From Oopsacas minuta (Eukaryota; Animalia; Porifera): a stretch of 64,000 bases of DNA. The stretch covers positions 8,259-72,258 of the forward strand of contig JAKMXF010000332.1 in assembly GCA_024704765.1 (NCBI GenBank), in the 5' to 3' direction. The notes under the pieces were generated by a model. That model had not been told where the DNA came from and did not search any database. It saw only the letters and a program-made list of their open reading frames with translations. This document shows positions 49,546 to 61,400 of the stretch, piece by piece (position 1 is the first letter of the stretch; each line of letters opens with the position of its first letter). The translations under genes and the position numbers were made by a program.

Positions 49546-49972
49546 ATGGCTGAAAAAGTAACTTCACAAACTGGATCTGATAATATATACCCAAAAAAAC
49601 GAAAAATCTCGGAGAAAGAAGATACCAGCTTCATCACATTAGACATCGATAAAGTATGCCTATCAGAAGGTGAATCATTTAAATTGATAAAATCAGATGT
49701 ACCAACATGGTCAAAACCAGGTGATAATTATATTCTTAATTCCTTATGCTTTCAAGCAAACTTTAGTTGCTTATCGATTCAATATAATTTTTCGCATAGT
49801 TCAGTGTCAACCAGATTGCTTCTCAGAACCAGAAATGAAACAAGTAGAAATGCCTATAATTGACCAGTATGTAAAACTATTGATATTGAAGTCTCACATA
49901 TATGAGTTAGAGGATAGTGAATATGTTATAATTGCAGATTATGATCACTCACAAGGTAAATATACGTTATTA
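49546..49972 (+). pseudogene. Truncated 5' portion (exons 49546-49720 and 49767-49955) of the gene continued at 61401-63780
   Basis: ATG start, NLS-like PKKRK and a 46-nt GT-AG intron. 49638-49972 matches 61401-61735 with one mismatch seen. Confidence 0.65.
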
Positions 49973-50048
49973 CTAGGGCGTTCAATAAGTCTTTCGGGTG
50001 TTAACATAGAATATGATACAAACACTATACTCACTAATTCACTATATT

Positions 50049-52821
50049 CAGACTTACCAACCCTCCAGGGATCCCTGGATTACCCTGGGATTTGACCTCT
50101 GATCCAGGGATCCAGGGATTTACTGGAAAATCCAGGGATTCGAAAGTTTGTATCGGCTGGGTAAATTGTGAATTTTCAACTACGATGTCAATAACTATTA
50201 GTGTTACATAACAATCAATAAGTTATTCTTCAGAACTAGATTATATATAACCTAATAAAAGATCCAGAGATTTCCCTGGATCTTTAGTTAGGGAGTTCCA
50301 AGCTCCTCCTCAGACGTACTGGTAATGGTACTGGTTCTTTTGGATTTATAATATTTGCGATATGTTTTGTTTTCTGATTTCAGTTTTTAATATGGAGTAT
50401 GGTTTCATTCAGAAATCTGACTTAATTACAGTTTATTATTCTCCTGATATTCATTGAGCCTATATTTTTATATTTTATTCTTTTTAGCTTTTTTGAATTT
50501 ACTATATCTATATGACTGTAAAGAGGCCAAAGATATTATGTAGATACAAGGAAGAGTGGGCCAGCGTTAGAATGAAACCAAGCAAGAAGGGCGTTGGTTT
50601 TGCGTTTTGTACGATTTGCCAAGTTGATATTTGTATTTCTGGTGGTGGGAAACATGAAGTAGATCGTCACCTAAAGACAGCTAAACATAAAAGTTTGCTA
50701 GGTCAAGTAGATGAACAACCTTCTATTTCTACTGCACTAGTGGCTGCGGCATCTTTGAACCCCTTGAACAAACAAGTTATGTCAGCAGAAATATATTTCT
50801 CCTTATTTGTCGCAGAACATAATTTGCCGTTCCTCGTCGCAGACCACTTCACTCATTTGACTAAAGTTATGTTTCCTGATAGCCACAATGCTCAATCTTA
50901 TTCATGTGCCCGAACAAAAACAACAGCCATTATCACTCACGCTTTGGCTCCATCTCTTAGAAATATGGTCAGCGATAAATGCCGCTCTGAACCATTTTCA
51001 ATCCTTTGTGATGGCGGCAACGATATGACAGATCATAAATATTTTACTGTCCTGGTGAGATATTGGTGCAATAGAAACAACCAAGCTATGACACGATTTC
51101 TGGCAATGCCAATTTGTAATATTGCAACAGCTCAAAATCTATTTGATGCTCTAAGCACTGTTTTCGAAAAATGCAATCTTCCTTGGGAAAATGTGATCGG
51201 ATTTGCGTCAGATACCGCAAACGTTATGGTTGGAGCGCGTAACTCAGTACTCAGTCGAATAGGTGAAAAGCAACCACGCGTGTTCGGTCTCGAGTGCTTG
51301 TGCCACTTGGCTCACTTGTGTGGTGCTGCTGCACTAAAGTCTCTCCCTATATCTGTGGATGTTTTACTTATTGATGTTTTTTACCACTTCAAATATAGTG
51401 CTAAGTGATGGGAAGAATTTTCTGTGATCCAAGCTGAGTTTGAGGAAATCAAACCAGTGAGAGTTTTGAAGCACTGCACAACCAGGTGGTTGAGCCTACT
51501 TAGGTACCTCAAACTCTTGCTTGAACAGCGGCCAGCCTTGAGAGTATATTTTGACAGGCAAATGAATATAGAACCGAAAAACAACCATGTTAAAAGAGTC
51601 GCTGACTCTTTAAATAGTTTGATGGTAAATTAATTTGTACATTTGCACACTTCGCTCTTCAGCCACTCAACAAATTTACTATAATATTTCAGACTCATGC
51701 TAGCCGCATCGGTACCATAAAAGAAGATACACTATTACTTCTTCGTGGTTATTTAGCTAATTTTATACAACCTGAAATAATTATCGCTACAGCTGATATT
51801 CTAACCATTGACTATCGTAACAAAGTGAACCAGTTACCTAGAAATAGTCTAGTGGTTGGGAATGACACTTTAGATCTTATTTCAGAGTTTGAAGATGAAA
51901 TACATAGCACCTTAATGGGTGACAGGTTCTACGATAGTGTTCGCTTGTTTTATGAGACTGTTGTCTCAAAAATGCTCGCTAAGTTCCCTCACAGGAACGA
52001 TACATTAAGCGATTTAGTGTTTCTTAACCCTCGTAATCGTACACATTGTTGTATCCAATCCATTACACGCCTCTGTAAACAATTCATGACTACTACTTCT
52101 GAGGAAATTGACCAAATAATTCAAGAGTTTGTTGCTTATAAGATTACACCAGATAATCAGCTTCCATTATATAACTCAACAGATATAGCTGCTATTGACC
52201 ATTTCTGGTCAGCAATGAGCAGTTTAGAAGTGGTTACTTCAGTAGATCTTTCTGATTCCCCTCTTGCTTACTCTAACTTATCAAAACTTTCAAAGATACT
52301 TCTCACCCTACCGCATTCAAATGCTGATCCAGAACGTTTATTCAGCATGGTTAAAAAATTGAGACTGATTCCCGTTCTTTATTGAGCCCATCCACAACAT
52401 GTGATCTGCTCAATATAAAGATGAATCACAATACAGCTTGTTACTTAAGTCAGGATCTTATTTCTGAAGAATTGATAGAGATTGCCAAAAAAGCTACACG
52501 GAAAAGCCTTGAAAAGGAGAAATGAATATTTTAGATATCATTTATAACTATACTTTTATAGACTATTGTTACTTCTTGAAAATTAAACTACTTTCGAATT
52601 TTTGATGTAACTTTTCACCCAATCGAGGGCCGAAAGCCACAGTGCAGACCCTGTTATTACTTATAGGTATTAATAAATATTAGAATTATTCTAAATGGGA
52701 GAATCTAAAGTGTATTTTATATATTCAATTATTGGGCCCGTAAATCCAGGGAAATTGTTAAAAATCCATGGATTTTAAGATTTCAATCCAGGGAATTATC
52801 AACGAAGGATTGGTAAGTCTG
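50049..52821 (+). mobile_element. hAT DNA transposon with an inactivated transposase
   Basis: TIRs CAGACTTACCAA(C/T)CC and clustered CCAGGGA subterminal repeats at both ends. No matching 8-bp TSD (ACTATATT versus ACATTAAG). Confidence 0.88.
50512..52385 (+). pseudogene. hAT transposase with BED-like Zn finger; premature TGA at 51406-51408 and frameshifts
   Basis: CTICQVD...HLKTAKH, FSILCDG, FASDTANVM, CLCHLAHL, TRWLS and LPHSNADPERLFS. Confidence 0.88.
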
Positions 52822-53446
52822 ACATTAAGGTGGTTCAAAAAATCTGAATTAAGCTAATGCTATACATCTTATTATGCTTCACTATATGCAAAGTTAGAGC
52901 TACTATATTTCAATACAATCGTAGGTCATTTAGGGTTCCAGCAATTCGATTCAAGTTATCTATGGGAATTGCCTGCAAGGCCTGCAAATCCACCGAAACA
53001 AAACGCTGCCAAAGGAGCCATGCCACCTTCGCGCCCACCCCATGGCGTGGGTCTGTCTACGTCCCTGAGTACGAATTGACTGACAATCGAATTCCGATTA
53101 TCCATCCATTATATTTCAAAAACTTGCGAAATTCAACTGTTCCACAAGGAATCTCGCGGATGGATTTTGCAAAAGTTGACACCAATGGTGTTCCCTCTAA
53201 GAATCGGCCGATAGAGGGTATGAACGATACAGCAGGCCAGACCCTGGATAGTAAAATGTTAAATTACCATATTGACGGCCGACCAAAGTATTTAAGCACC
53301 AGTCAGTCAGCCTAATAACATGATTCTGTCGGCCAACGCCTTAACAGGATCGCTGTTTATTTCCATTTAAGTTCAAATATGAGTATGTTAACTGTGTTTA
53401 TAGTTATCAATACCCTATTCATTTATCTACTGCTTCTTCACATTAC

Positions 53447-53643
53447 GAAGGTTGCCGTGGGTATGGGAATTCTTGAGCTCTTATATATTCTCAGTACTAA
53501 GCAATGTGCATTCTCTTGAGATGAGTATATTCTTTTTTTCAGGGTTGCCATCGAAATGGGAATTCCTATATGGGAAACCCATGGGAATCCCACAGAAATC
53601 CTCTGGGATTGGGAATTGAAATTCCATACCCACGGCAACCCTG
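53447..53643. mobile_element. hAT-type MITE with a duplicated left end
   Basis: AGGTTGCCGTGGGTATGG at ~53448 and CAGGGTTGCC at 53540, versus CCATACCCACGGCAACCCTG ending at 53643. Confidence 0.6.
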
Positions 53644-54340
53644 TGAATTGCATACTTGTAATTCTGAACCTGAGTCCAAATATATGATCTAGTGACCTGA
53701 TAACTGAGTTAATTTTAGTACAGTGATCCGTCTAGCCTTGGTATCCCTTGCAAAGCCTGCAATAAACATCGTGACCAGCAATTTTATATAATAAAAAGAG
53801 GGAGGACCATCCATGACTCCCAAATATGGTCCGACCAGACCAAATATAGCGTGACTACCAATATTCCATGGAATGATGGTCCTAGGAGGCTAGGGCCAAA
53901 ACCTATCTATCCGATCTTGACTTCCCAAAAGTTCATCATCCATCAATTTGGTGCTAATTATTCATTTACTAGTTAGATGAACATAAAATCAGTGCGGAGC
54001 AAGTTCCAAAGTAGGACCAATTTTCCTGAAAATTATGGCCCTGCCATTTTTCCAGAGGGTCCAAATTTTCGTGACCTTACCTCTGAGATCGATTCTGGTA
54101 GTCTCGTCCTGGGGTGCCCGGATCTCAGAAAATCAATAAATCTATGGTATTCCGATTTGTATCTAATATGAAATATTGATATTTATTTGATTTGGCGGAT
54201 CTAGATCTGTATTTATGGCTTCAGAACAGAAAATGTATAAAATACAACGATAATTTTGGAAAACGCACTCAAGGGTAGACTGCGGTACATTTTTGTCGAA
54301 TTTGGAGTACATAGTTTGCCAGACAGTATATATGTATATA

Positions 54341-55255
54341 CAGTCAGGGGACAAAAGTATTCGACCACACAAATATATTGTCATAAATTGTATACTCTTT
54401 CCCGCTCCTATATATTGTGTAGTCTATATTCGTAGCTGCAATCTAGTAATTTGCATAGAATAACATGTTTTTCAAGAATTTCAAAAAAATATTTTAGATT
54501 GACACTTTTTGAAGGTGTTAATTATTAATAATTATTAGATAATTATTGATAATCAAAATATGTGGTAATTCAAAACCTATTAAGAATCTATAATTTCTGA
54601 CTTGATATTTGAATTCTACATAGGCGAGTTACCCCAGATTGAAATTTCCAATCGGATTGAACAATTTTACCAGAGTTATAAAAGAATTTCAATTTGTCCC
54701 ACTTGTGCCACTTTTTGAAAAAAGTGGCACAGGTGGCAGGAAAAAGCGCCACTACAAGGAAATCAACTAGGGTTAGGAGGAATTAGTCGAAGTAATATTT
54801 TCGAATGATATGACTATGCTAACCCTTGAATTCCAAAATAACCTCTTGGTAGCGGCCACTTGTGCCACCTTGGGCAAAAGGTGGCACAAATGGCACAAAA
54901 TTGAAATTCATCTATAACTCTGGTAAAAATTGTTCAATCCGATTGGAAATTTCAATCTGGGGTAACTCGCCTATGTAGAATTCAAATATCAAGTCAGAAA
55001 TCATAGATTCTTAATAGGTTTTGAATTACCACATATTTTGATTATCAATAATTATCTAATAATTATTAATAATTAACACCTTCAAAAAGTGTCAATCTAA
55101 AATATTTTTTTGAAATTCTTGAAAAACATATGTTATTCTATACAAATTACTAGATAGCAGCTACGAATATAGACTACACAATATATAGGAGCGGGAAAGA
55201 GTATACAATTTATGACAATATATTTGTGTGGTCGAATACTTTTGTCCCCTGACTG
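54341..55255. mobile_element. Foldback non-autonomous Tc1-like element, copy 2 (core inverted relative to copy 1)
   Basis: TA|CAGTCAGGGGACAAAAGTATTCGACCAC...CCCCTGACTG|TA; highly similar to 43116-44017. Confidence 0.92.
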
Positions 55256-55568
55256 TATATATACAAGTATTAGGATAGTCCCCACAGATTTGGCTACACC
55301 CATTGCGGCGGATTATCCAGATGGGATTGCATTGTAATTATAATCGGAATAGTCTGTAGCTGGCCCTTATTCTTGCTCCCAGGGATTTTTAGATTTATTT
55401 ATTAATAATTATATTATGTACGGTATATGGTATTCAGTGGTACCCAAAACGTGCACTCTGAGAATCAGACAACTTACAAACAACGACTACTTGTTTATAA
55501 GTTGTGTCTTACATGTACCATTTGTTTGTTAGATTTACTCTAAATTATTACAAAAGTATAACAGTTGA

Positions 55569-56411
55569 ATGTTCCATCATCAACAAACACACCCTCCTTT
55601 CCCTAAGGAGAGCATGTACTCTGTAGAAATACAGCGAGTTCTGGATCAGAATGCTTCGATTATTCACGTAATTATTGATAGCCAGCACAAGGGTAAATCT
55701 GAAAACCTCCTACACTATATGGGTCAGTTACACGCTAATCTAATGTGGCTAACCAAGCAGGCTTCAATAAATTATCACATGGAGCATGGAGCTGTACCTT
55801 CAACTCCCCTATACCCTCACAATCAAGCATTGAGTAAATCTCATGGTCACTATACTTCTTCTCTCTCTCCATCTGGTGTTCCAAATTCTATTCCCTCTCA
55901 GGTTGGCATTCCTCAGAACTCCATATCCTTTGCTCCTGCGCAGACCCCTAATCTACCTCATGCCCAATCTCTAGCCACAACGGGTAGTATGCCACCTTCG
56001 ACTTGGGACAGACCCACTAGCCCCTCTCCTCTCCCCAGCGGACATAATCCTTTCGACTTTTCACAATGGAACGGTTCAGAAGGCTATCCCCAGAGATTGA
56101 GGGCTGCAACCTACATGCCTCACCAAGAAGGAGCTATGTTTGCGAATCACCACAGGGGTATGCACCCTATGGACAGTATGGCAGCATCTCAACGTCCTTT
56201 AAACCCAGCCTCTCTCCCACCCAATATGTACAAGCAATTCAGTGGTAATAATTACCCCGCTCCAGCACAAGCGATGAGCTCCCAAGTTAGACACAGTGGC
56301 CAGGGCGTCAATACGACTCTACCCTCTGTATCTCCTTACACCTCTAACCCCATGGGACATACGGGTCTCCCTCACATGCAAGGAATGCATACAGGGACCA
56401 CGAATTATTAA
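55569..56411 (+). CDS. SS18: SS18/CREST/GIF family BAF-complex subunit (SSXT domain plus P/Q/G/M-rich tail)
   Basis: EIQRVLDQNASIIHVIIDSQHKGK...YMGQLHANLMWL matches the SSXT N-terminal domain; low-complexity C-terminus. Confidence 0.85.
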   Translation: MFHHQQTHPPFPKESMYSVEIQRVLDQNASIIHVIIDSQHKGKSENLLHYMGQLHANLMWLTKQASINYHMEHGAVPSTPLYPHNQALSKSHGHYTSSLSPSGVPNSIPSQVGIPQNSISFAPAQTPNLPHAQSLATTGSMPPSTWDRPTSPSPLPSGHNPFDFSQWNGSEGYPQRLRAATYMPHQEGAMFANHHRGMHPMDSMAASQRPLNPASLPPNMYKQFSGNNYPAPAQAMSSQVRHSGQGVNTTLPSVSPYTSNPMGHTGLPHMQGMHTGTTNY

Positions 56412-57291
56412 GTTATCTCTTCCTCTAACAGTGCATTTGTTTTACTGTTTCTACTAGCTCTTATCATGTCATCAAAGCTTAATATATTTATTGCCTGTCT
56501 TTCCGTTTTAAATAAATATGAATTAGTTATAGAGATTCCATATACGTATTATTTAATAATTTTATACTTTGATTTAACTCTTAAAAATTAATTGAATGCA
56601 TAAATTATATCCGATTATGATGGATTATGCAATATTTCAGTATACCCCAAAGCCGCATCATTTATTTAGCTTATTCAATTATACGTGTTTGAAGATATAA
56701 TGGTCTAAATAATTCCGACTAACCGTGAGTACGATGTCTCTAAACTGAAATCAGGTTTGAATACTTTGGTTGATATAAATGAGGTATCCCGTATCTATGG
56801 ATTGATCGGGGGCACAATTTTGGCCGGGGCCGGGAAAAAGTACGAAATTTCGGCTGGGACCGGGGCCCCGGTCGATCCCTCCCCGTATCCATGATTAACT
56901 CAATTTGTCCGTTGAATTTTGTGGACCAGGAATTCTATTTTTAAGATTTTCAAAATCTATTTCCTGACTAGAATTCGAGAATTATTGTAAATGTATTTTA
57001 TCTCATTATCTATCATCTTTCGATTTTCTCTACATGTGAATACTTTACAAAGTGAAACATTGAGAAAAGTTATATTATTTCATGTTGTATGGCAAGGGTT
57101 ATTTTGAGGATTTTTAATACTACCATTGTGCAGTGCCACGTGTCCCCCGGACATCTTGCCCTATGGCGAGTTATCCCTAAAGTTTCTTTCTATTAGTACA
57201 ATGCCACGATTATCTACTTGTATATCCTTATACAACTTTTCCTTAGATCACGTATTAGCCTGAATATTATATCTTAGTCTCTATTTTGTTG

Positions 57292-58275
57292 ATGTTGATT
57301 CCAATCATAACCATTCTAGTGTGTATCTTCTTGATACTGAGATACGGATTTGATTTTGTATTCGTTTCAGGTGTTTGCGTGTCAAAACGTAGACTGGATG
57401 GTAAGAATGTTATTATAACAGGTGGTAACGTAGGTCTGGGTTATGAAACAGCTGTTGACTTGGCTAGGAGAGGAGCCCGCGTGATTATAGCCTGTAGAGA
57501 TGAAAAGAAGGGATTGAATGCAGAAAGGAAAATTAGATTGGAATCGAATAATGATGAAGTATTCTACCAACACCTGAATCTAGCTTCACTTAGCTCAGTT
57601 CGTGAGTTCAGTAGACAAATAAACGAATCTTCTCACGGAGTAGATATCCTCATTAACAATGCAGGTGTTATGGGCTGTCCATTGACCTACACTGAAGACG
57701 GATATGAAATGCAGTTTGCTACTAATCATTTGGGACATTTCCTTCTAACAAATCTTTTGTTGGATAAGCTAAAGGCTGCTCCAGAAGCTAGAATTGTAAA
57801 TGTATCCTCTCTCGGAGCTAAATTTACTTGGAGTTTTAAGTTTGACAATGTTACTCCTAAAGAAGCTCATAGTTACTCTCCTATGGCTACATACACACAA
57901 ACAAAGCTAGCCAATATATTATTCACTATACATTTGGCTGATCTGCTAAGGGGCACAAATGTCACATGCAACAGTCTGCACCCGGGTAGTGTTAACACTG
58001 AGCTTGCCAGACACATGCTAGATAAGATACGAAAGATAAAATTTGGTTGGCTGTTAGCGAGTATTTATGACAAAATTATTGGTTATTTAATTAAAGACTC
58101 AAAACTTGGAGCTCAGACTCAAATCTATTTGGCAGTAAGCGAAGAGTTGGTAGGAGTTACTGGGAAGTATTTCAGTGACTGTGTTGAGTGTTCTTTGAGA
58201 CCAAGTTGGACTAAAAACAATGCAATGAGACTTTGGGAGATGAGTGAGCGGATGGTAGGCATGACACCCAATTAA
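57292..58275 (+). CDS. Retinol dehydrogenase (RDH11-14-like) short-chain dehydrogenase with N-terminal membrane anchor
   Basis: IITGGNVGLG, LINNAGVM, FATNHLGHFLLT, RIVNVSS, YxxxK (YTQTK) and LHPGSVNTEL. Confidence 0.93.
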   Translation: MLIPIITILVCIFLILRYGFDFVFVSGVCVSKRRLDGKNVIITGGNVGLGYETAVDLARRGARVIIACRDEKKGLNAERKIRLESNNDEVFYQHLNLASLSSVREFSRQINESSHGVDILINNAGVMGCPLTYTEDGYEMQFATNHLGHFLLTNLLLDKLKAAPEARIVNVSSLGAKFTWSFKFDNVTPKEAHSYSPMATYTQTKLANILFTIHLADLLRGTNVTCNSLHPGSVNTELARHMLDKIRKIKFGWLLASIYDKIIGYLIKDSKLGAQTQIYLAVSEELVGVTGKYFSDCVECSLRPSWTKNNAMRLWEMSERMVGMTPN

Positions 58276-58387
58276 TTGGTATATATTTAGTTTGGAATCT
58301 GATTAATTATCATATTTAATTCTTGCATATTTATTGTATTGAATTTTTCCTAAATAGATACTATAGTATTTGGAAGCAAATACTATA

Positions 58388-59700
58388 CAGGGTGGCTTTT
58401 AAGTTCTGTCCCATGCAAAAACTATTATTTATCAATATATATATATAGCTTGGTAATGATATTTATTGCTCTAATTTATGATTCAGAGACAAAACATATT
58501 TCGCGAATTTTATTCAATATAGCCTCCCTCATTTTGTATTACACGTGTAATTCGATCTGGCAAGGCCTCAATAGCAGCACGGAGGGTTTTTTGGGGAATT
58601 TTATTCCACTCTTGGCAAAGTTTCCTCTTCAGTGACTTGATACTTGTGTGAGAGTTAACACAAGCTTTCGTCTCGAGAATTGACCACACAGAATAATCCA
58701 TGGGATTCAGGTCAGGACTGTAAGGAGGCCATTCTTCCTTGGTTATAAAACCAGGAAAATTGTCATGTAACCATGACTGGGTAACATTAGAAGTGTGTGC
58801 TGGCGCCCCGTCTTGCTGGAAAACAAATGAAGTACCTCCGAACATGTCTCGGCCTATATTCTTCAATACTGGCTCCAAAACCATTTCTCGATAATTAATT
58901 GAATTGATTTTTACCCCTTGTGGTACAAAAACCAATGGTGTCCGGCCCATTTTTGACACCCCTGCCCAAACCATCACCGACTTAGGGTTCTGTATTCGGC
59001 TAACATATCTGAACTTCTCGTCGACTTTGGAAGGAGATGATGCAAGTATACGATCATTTTGTACATTGGTTGCCTCCTGGATAGTGAATATTTTCTCATC
59101 TGAAAATAATATTTTTTCTAGATTTTCAACAGCGTACCGGCCCAACGCACCTTTGCATCTTGCAACCCTTTTTTCCTTTACCAATTGAGAAAGGAAGTGT
59201 ACCTTCTTACGCTTGAATGAACTCATCCCTAAATCCCTTTTCACAATTTTAGTCATTGCACATCTTGATACTTTCAGATCTAGAGCCATTTTCCTTATGG
59301 AACGTCTAGGATTTCGGCGAATTCGCTGGGCGATGACTTTCCCTAAGCTGGGGGTGGTTACTGAGCACGGACGGCCTGATCTCGCCCTATCTTCAACTTT
59401 TCCAGTATCCTTGTATCGCCTAATAGTGCGGTATACAAATTTCCTTCTGTTTAGAGGGAGTTTCAGGATCTTCAAAATTTCCCTTGAAGGATGTCCTTTT
59501 GTAAATAATTCTACAATTGCCGACCTCTCACGTTCCATCACTAATAAAATTGAAATTTCTCTACAATTGTACTCTGAAACTGTATATTTATGTTAAATAC
59601 AGTATAATAAGGTAAACTAATAAGATATATCTAATAGCAAAGACTCAGCATGGAAAAATGGTTCTTATAAATCATGGGACAGAACTTAAAAGCCACCCTG
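58388..59700 (-). mobile_element. Intact DD37D (maT) element
   Basis: Perfect 28-bp TIRs CAGGGTGGCTTTTAAGTTCTGTCCCATG with TA on both sides. Confidence 0.96.
58510..59541 (-). CDS. DD37D maT transposase, 343 aa, uninterrupted
   Basis: FSDEKIF, QQDGAPAH-(37 aa spacing)-SPDLNPMD and an N-terminal HTH (DRARSGRP). Confidence 0.95.
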   Translation of the reverse strand: MMERERSAIVELFTKGHPSREILKILKLPLNRRKFVYRTIRRYKDTGKVEDRARSGRPCSVTTPSLGKVIAQRIRRNPRRSIRKMALDLKVSRCAMTKIVKRDLGMSSFKRKKVHFLSQLVKEKRVARCKGALGRYAVENLEKILFSDEKIFTIQEATNVQNDRILASSPSKVDEKFRYVSRIQNPKSVMVWAGVSKMGRTPLVFVPQGVKINSINYREMVLEPVLKNIGRDMFGGTSFVFQQDGAPAHTSNVTQSWLHDNFPGFITKEEWPPYSPDLNPMDYSVWSILETKACVNSHTSIKSLKRKLCQEWNKIPQKTLRAAIEALPDRITRVIQNEGGYIE

Positions 59701-59772
59701 TAGTATTCAACTATCCATTTACTTTGAAATTATCTTTTTTCTTATTTTACATGAATAGTATTCGAATTAGCT

Positions 59773-60888
59773 ATGATAAATAAAATTTTCAAGCTCTCTC
59801 ATGCCCACTATTCTCTTATGCTACAGTCTCTAAGAGTACTGGGATACATCCTGCTATATTACTTCTTCTCAATCTCACTCACTTTCTATTGTAAATGGAT
59901 TCTCACAGATTTTCCTTTTCCTCTTTCAGCTACTCTCTTCCAAATCTTATTCACTTTTCTATTCTGCTCAATAATCAGAGCATGCATTGCTCTATACACA
60001 AAAACTCCTCCTATCAGAGTTGGAGGGGTAGCATATATCAAGAATATCCTCCCTACGAGTATAGCTGCTGCTTACGACATAGGTCTCTCTAACTGGAGTT
60101 TTCAGTTCATAACAGTTACACTGTATATTATGTGTAAGACATCAGCTGTAATATTCGTTCTTTTCTTTGCTATTTTATTCAAATTAGAGAAATTCAGATT
60201 TAAGCTTATTGGAATTGTATTGTTAATTTGTGTGGGATTATTTATGTTCACATTCAAATACACATTTTTCAATATTACCGGGTTTATTCTTGTTATATCC
60301 GCTTCTGTCCTGAGCGGAATCAGATGGAACACTGCTCAGCTGTTACTACAGAAATCTCAACTCGGATTGGAGAATCCTATCGACATTCTATACCATGTCA
60401 CTCCGGTTATATCTCTTTGTCTCTTCCCTCTCGCTGTTGTGTTCGAAGGAGTTGGTCTCTCAACTTCTCTGGTTGCGTTCCGTGCTAGTGAATCAGGAGC
60501 TGCCTTTTTTTCCTTAGAACTAATCTTGTTCTCAGCATTACTCGCTCTTGGTATCGGATTCTCAGAGTTCCTTCTCGTCCAGCAGACCTCTTCCCTCACT
60601 CTCTCCATCTCAGGTATTCTGAAAGAAGTTATCACTCTCTACATAGCTATCACATGGTTCCACCCCGATGAGAACCTCTCACCACTCAATGTAGTCGGTA
60701 TGTGCTTGTGTATGCTAGGAATTCTCATGCATGTTTGGAACAAAGCAATTCAATACAAAACTAAGGATGAGGTTCATTCTAATAACGAGGAGACATTACA
60801 GATGGCAGTACTGATAAGAGAAGATGAGCTATTGAAGGAGGAGGATTATCTAGTTACTCTCTCTGGCAGCGATTCTATGGAATATTAA
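59773..60888 (+). CDS. SLC35C2: SLC35C2-like nucleotide-sugar / triose-phosphate transporter family protein
   Basis: DIGLSNWSFQFITVTLYIMCKTSAVIFVLFFAILFKLEK, SGIRWNTAQLLLQK..LGLENPIDILYHVTP and TSSLTLSISGILKE. Confidence 0.9.
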   Translation: MINKIFKLSHAHYSLMLQSLRVLGYILLYYFFSISLTFYCKWILTDFPFPLSATLFQILFTFLFCSIIRACIALYTKTPPIRVGGVAYIKNILPTSIAAAYDIGLSNWSFQFITVTLYIMCKTSAVIFVLFFAILFKLEKFRFKLIGIVLLICVGLFMFTFKYTFFNITGFILVISASVLSGIRWNTAQLLLQKSQLGLENPIDILYHVTPVISLCLFPLAVVFEGVGLSTSLVAFRASESGAAFFSLELILFSALLALGIGFSEFLLVQQTSSLTLSISGILKEVITLYIAITWFHPDENLSPLNVVGMCLCMLGILMHVWNKAIQYKTKDEVHSNNEETLQMAVLIREDELLKEEDYLVTLSGSDSMEY

Positions 60889-61400
60889 GCAATATATTTC
60901 AATTAATGCAAAATTCTATTGTACTGGATTTTATCTTTCAATTAATGAGAACTTGTTAGTTCATTTGAAATTATTAATACAATTTTTAACAAATTTGTAT
61001 CATATACCCTCACCGAATAAGGTCAGTTTTATTCTGCTCATACAAGGGACAATTTACTAAAAGCTGCATCTCTCTCTTCTTCTCATTTTTGGCTTTGCGT
61101 TTTGGTGGCTCATTAATGCAACGTCGAGTATCCAAAACTTGCCAAAACATTAACTGTCCCGCTTATTTGTAGTCCAGCCTAATACAATATGCTACGTCCC
61201 GCGATGTCCTGCTGAATTAGTACCTTACGTCCCGCTTTTCCTTTCACTCAGGTTGGCAAGTATAACCAGGGCCTGAAATTTCTCTCAGGAGCCCTCCACA
61301 TGAGTAGTAAGTACAGTTCGCATGCAGTAAGTACACTGCACATATTTTCACACCTTTTGGTGAGCATTTTCAAAATTATCCTAGAGATTAGCTTCCACTT

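Noticed and set aside
17205-52650. Other CACAGTG/CACTGTG heptamers (e.g. ~17207, ~23557, ~40776, ~52638) as RSS-like sites
   Set aside because: They lie inside unrelated coding or TE sequence, lack the GTTT extension and 9-mer, and are expected by chance.
52857-53315. 152-aa ORF
   Set aside because: No recognisable domain; it lies among TE relics.
23808-60635. Short alternate-frame or antisense ORFs overlapping actin, SAXO, SS18, RDH, maT and SLC35C2
   Set aside because: Shadows of the real coding sequences.
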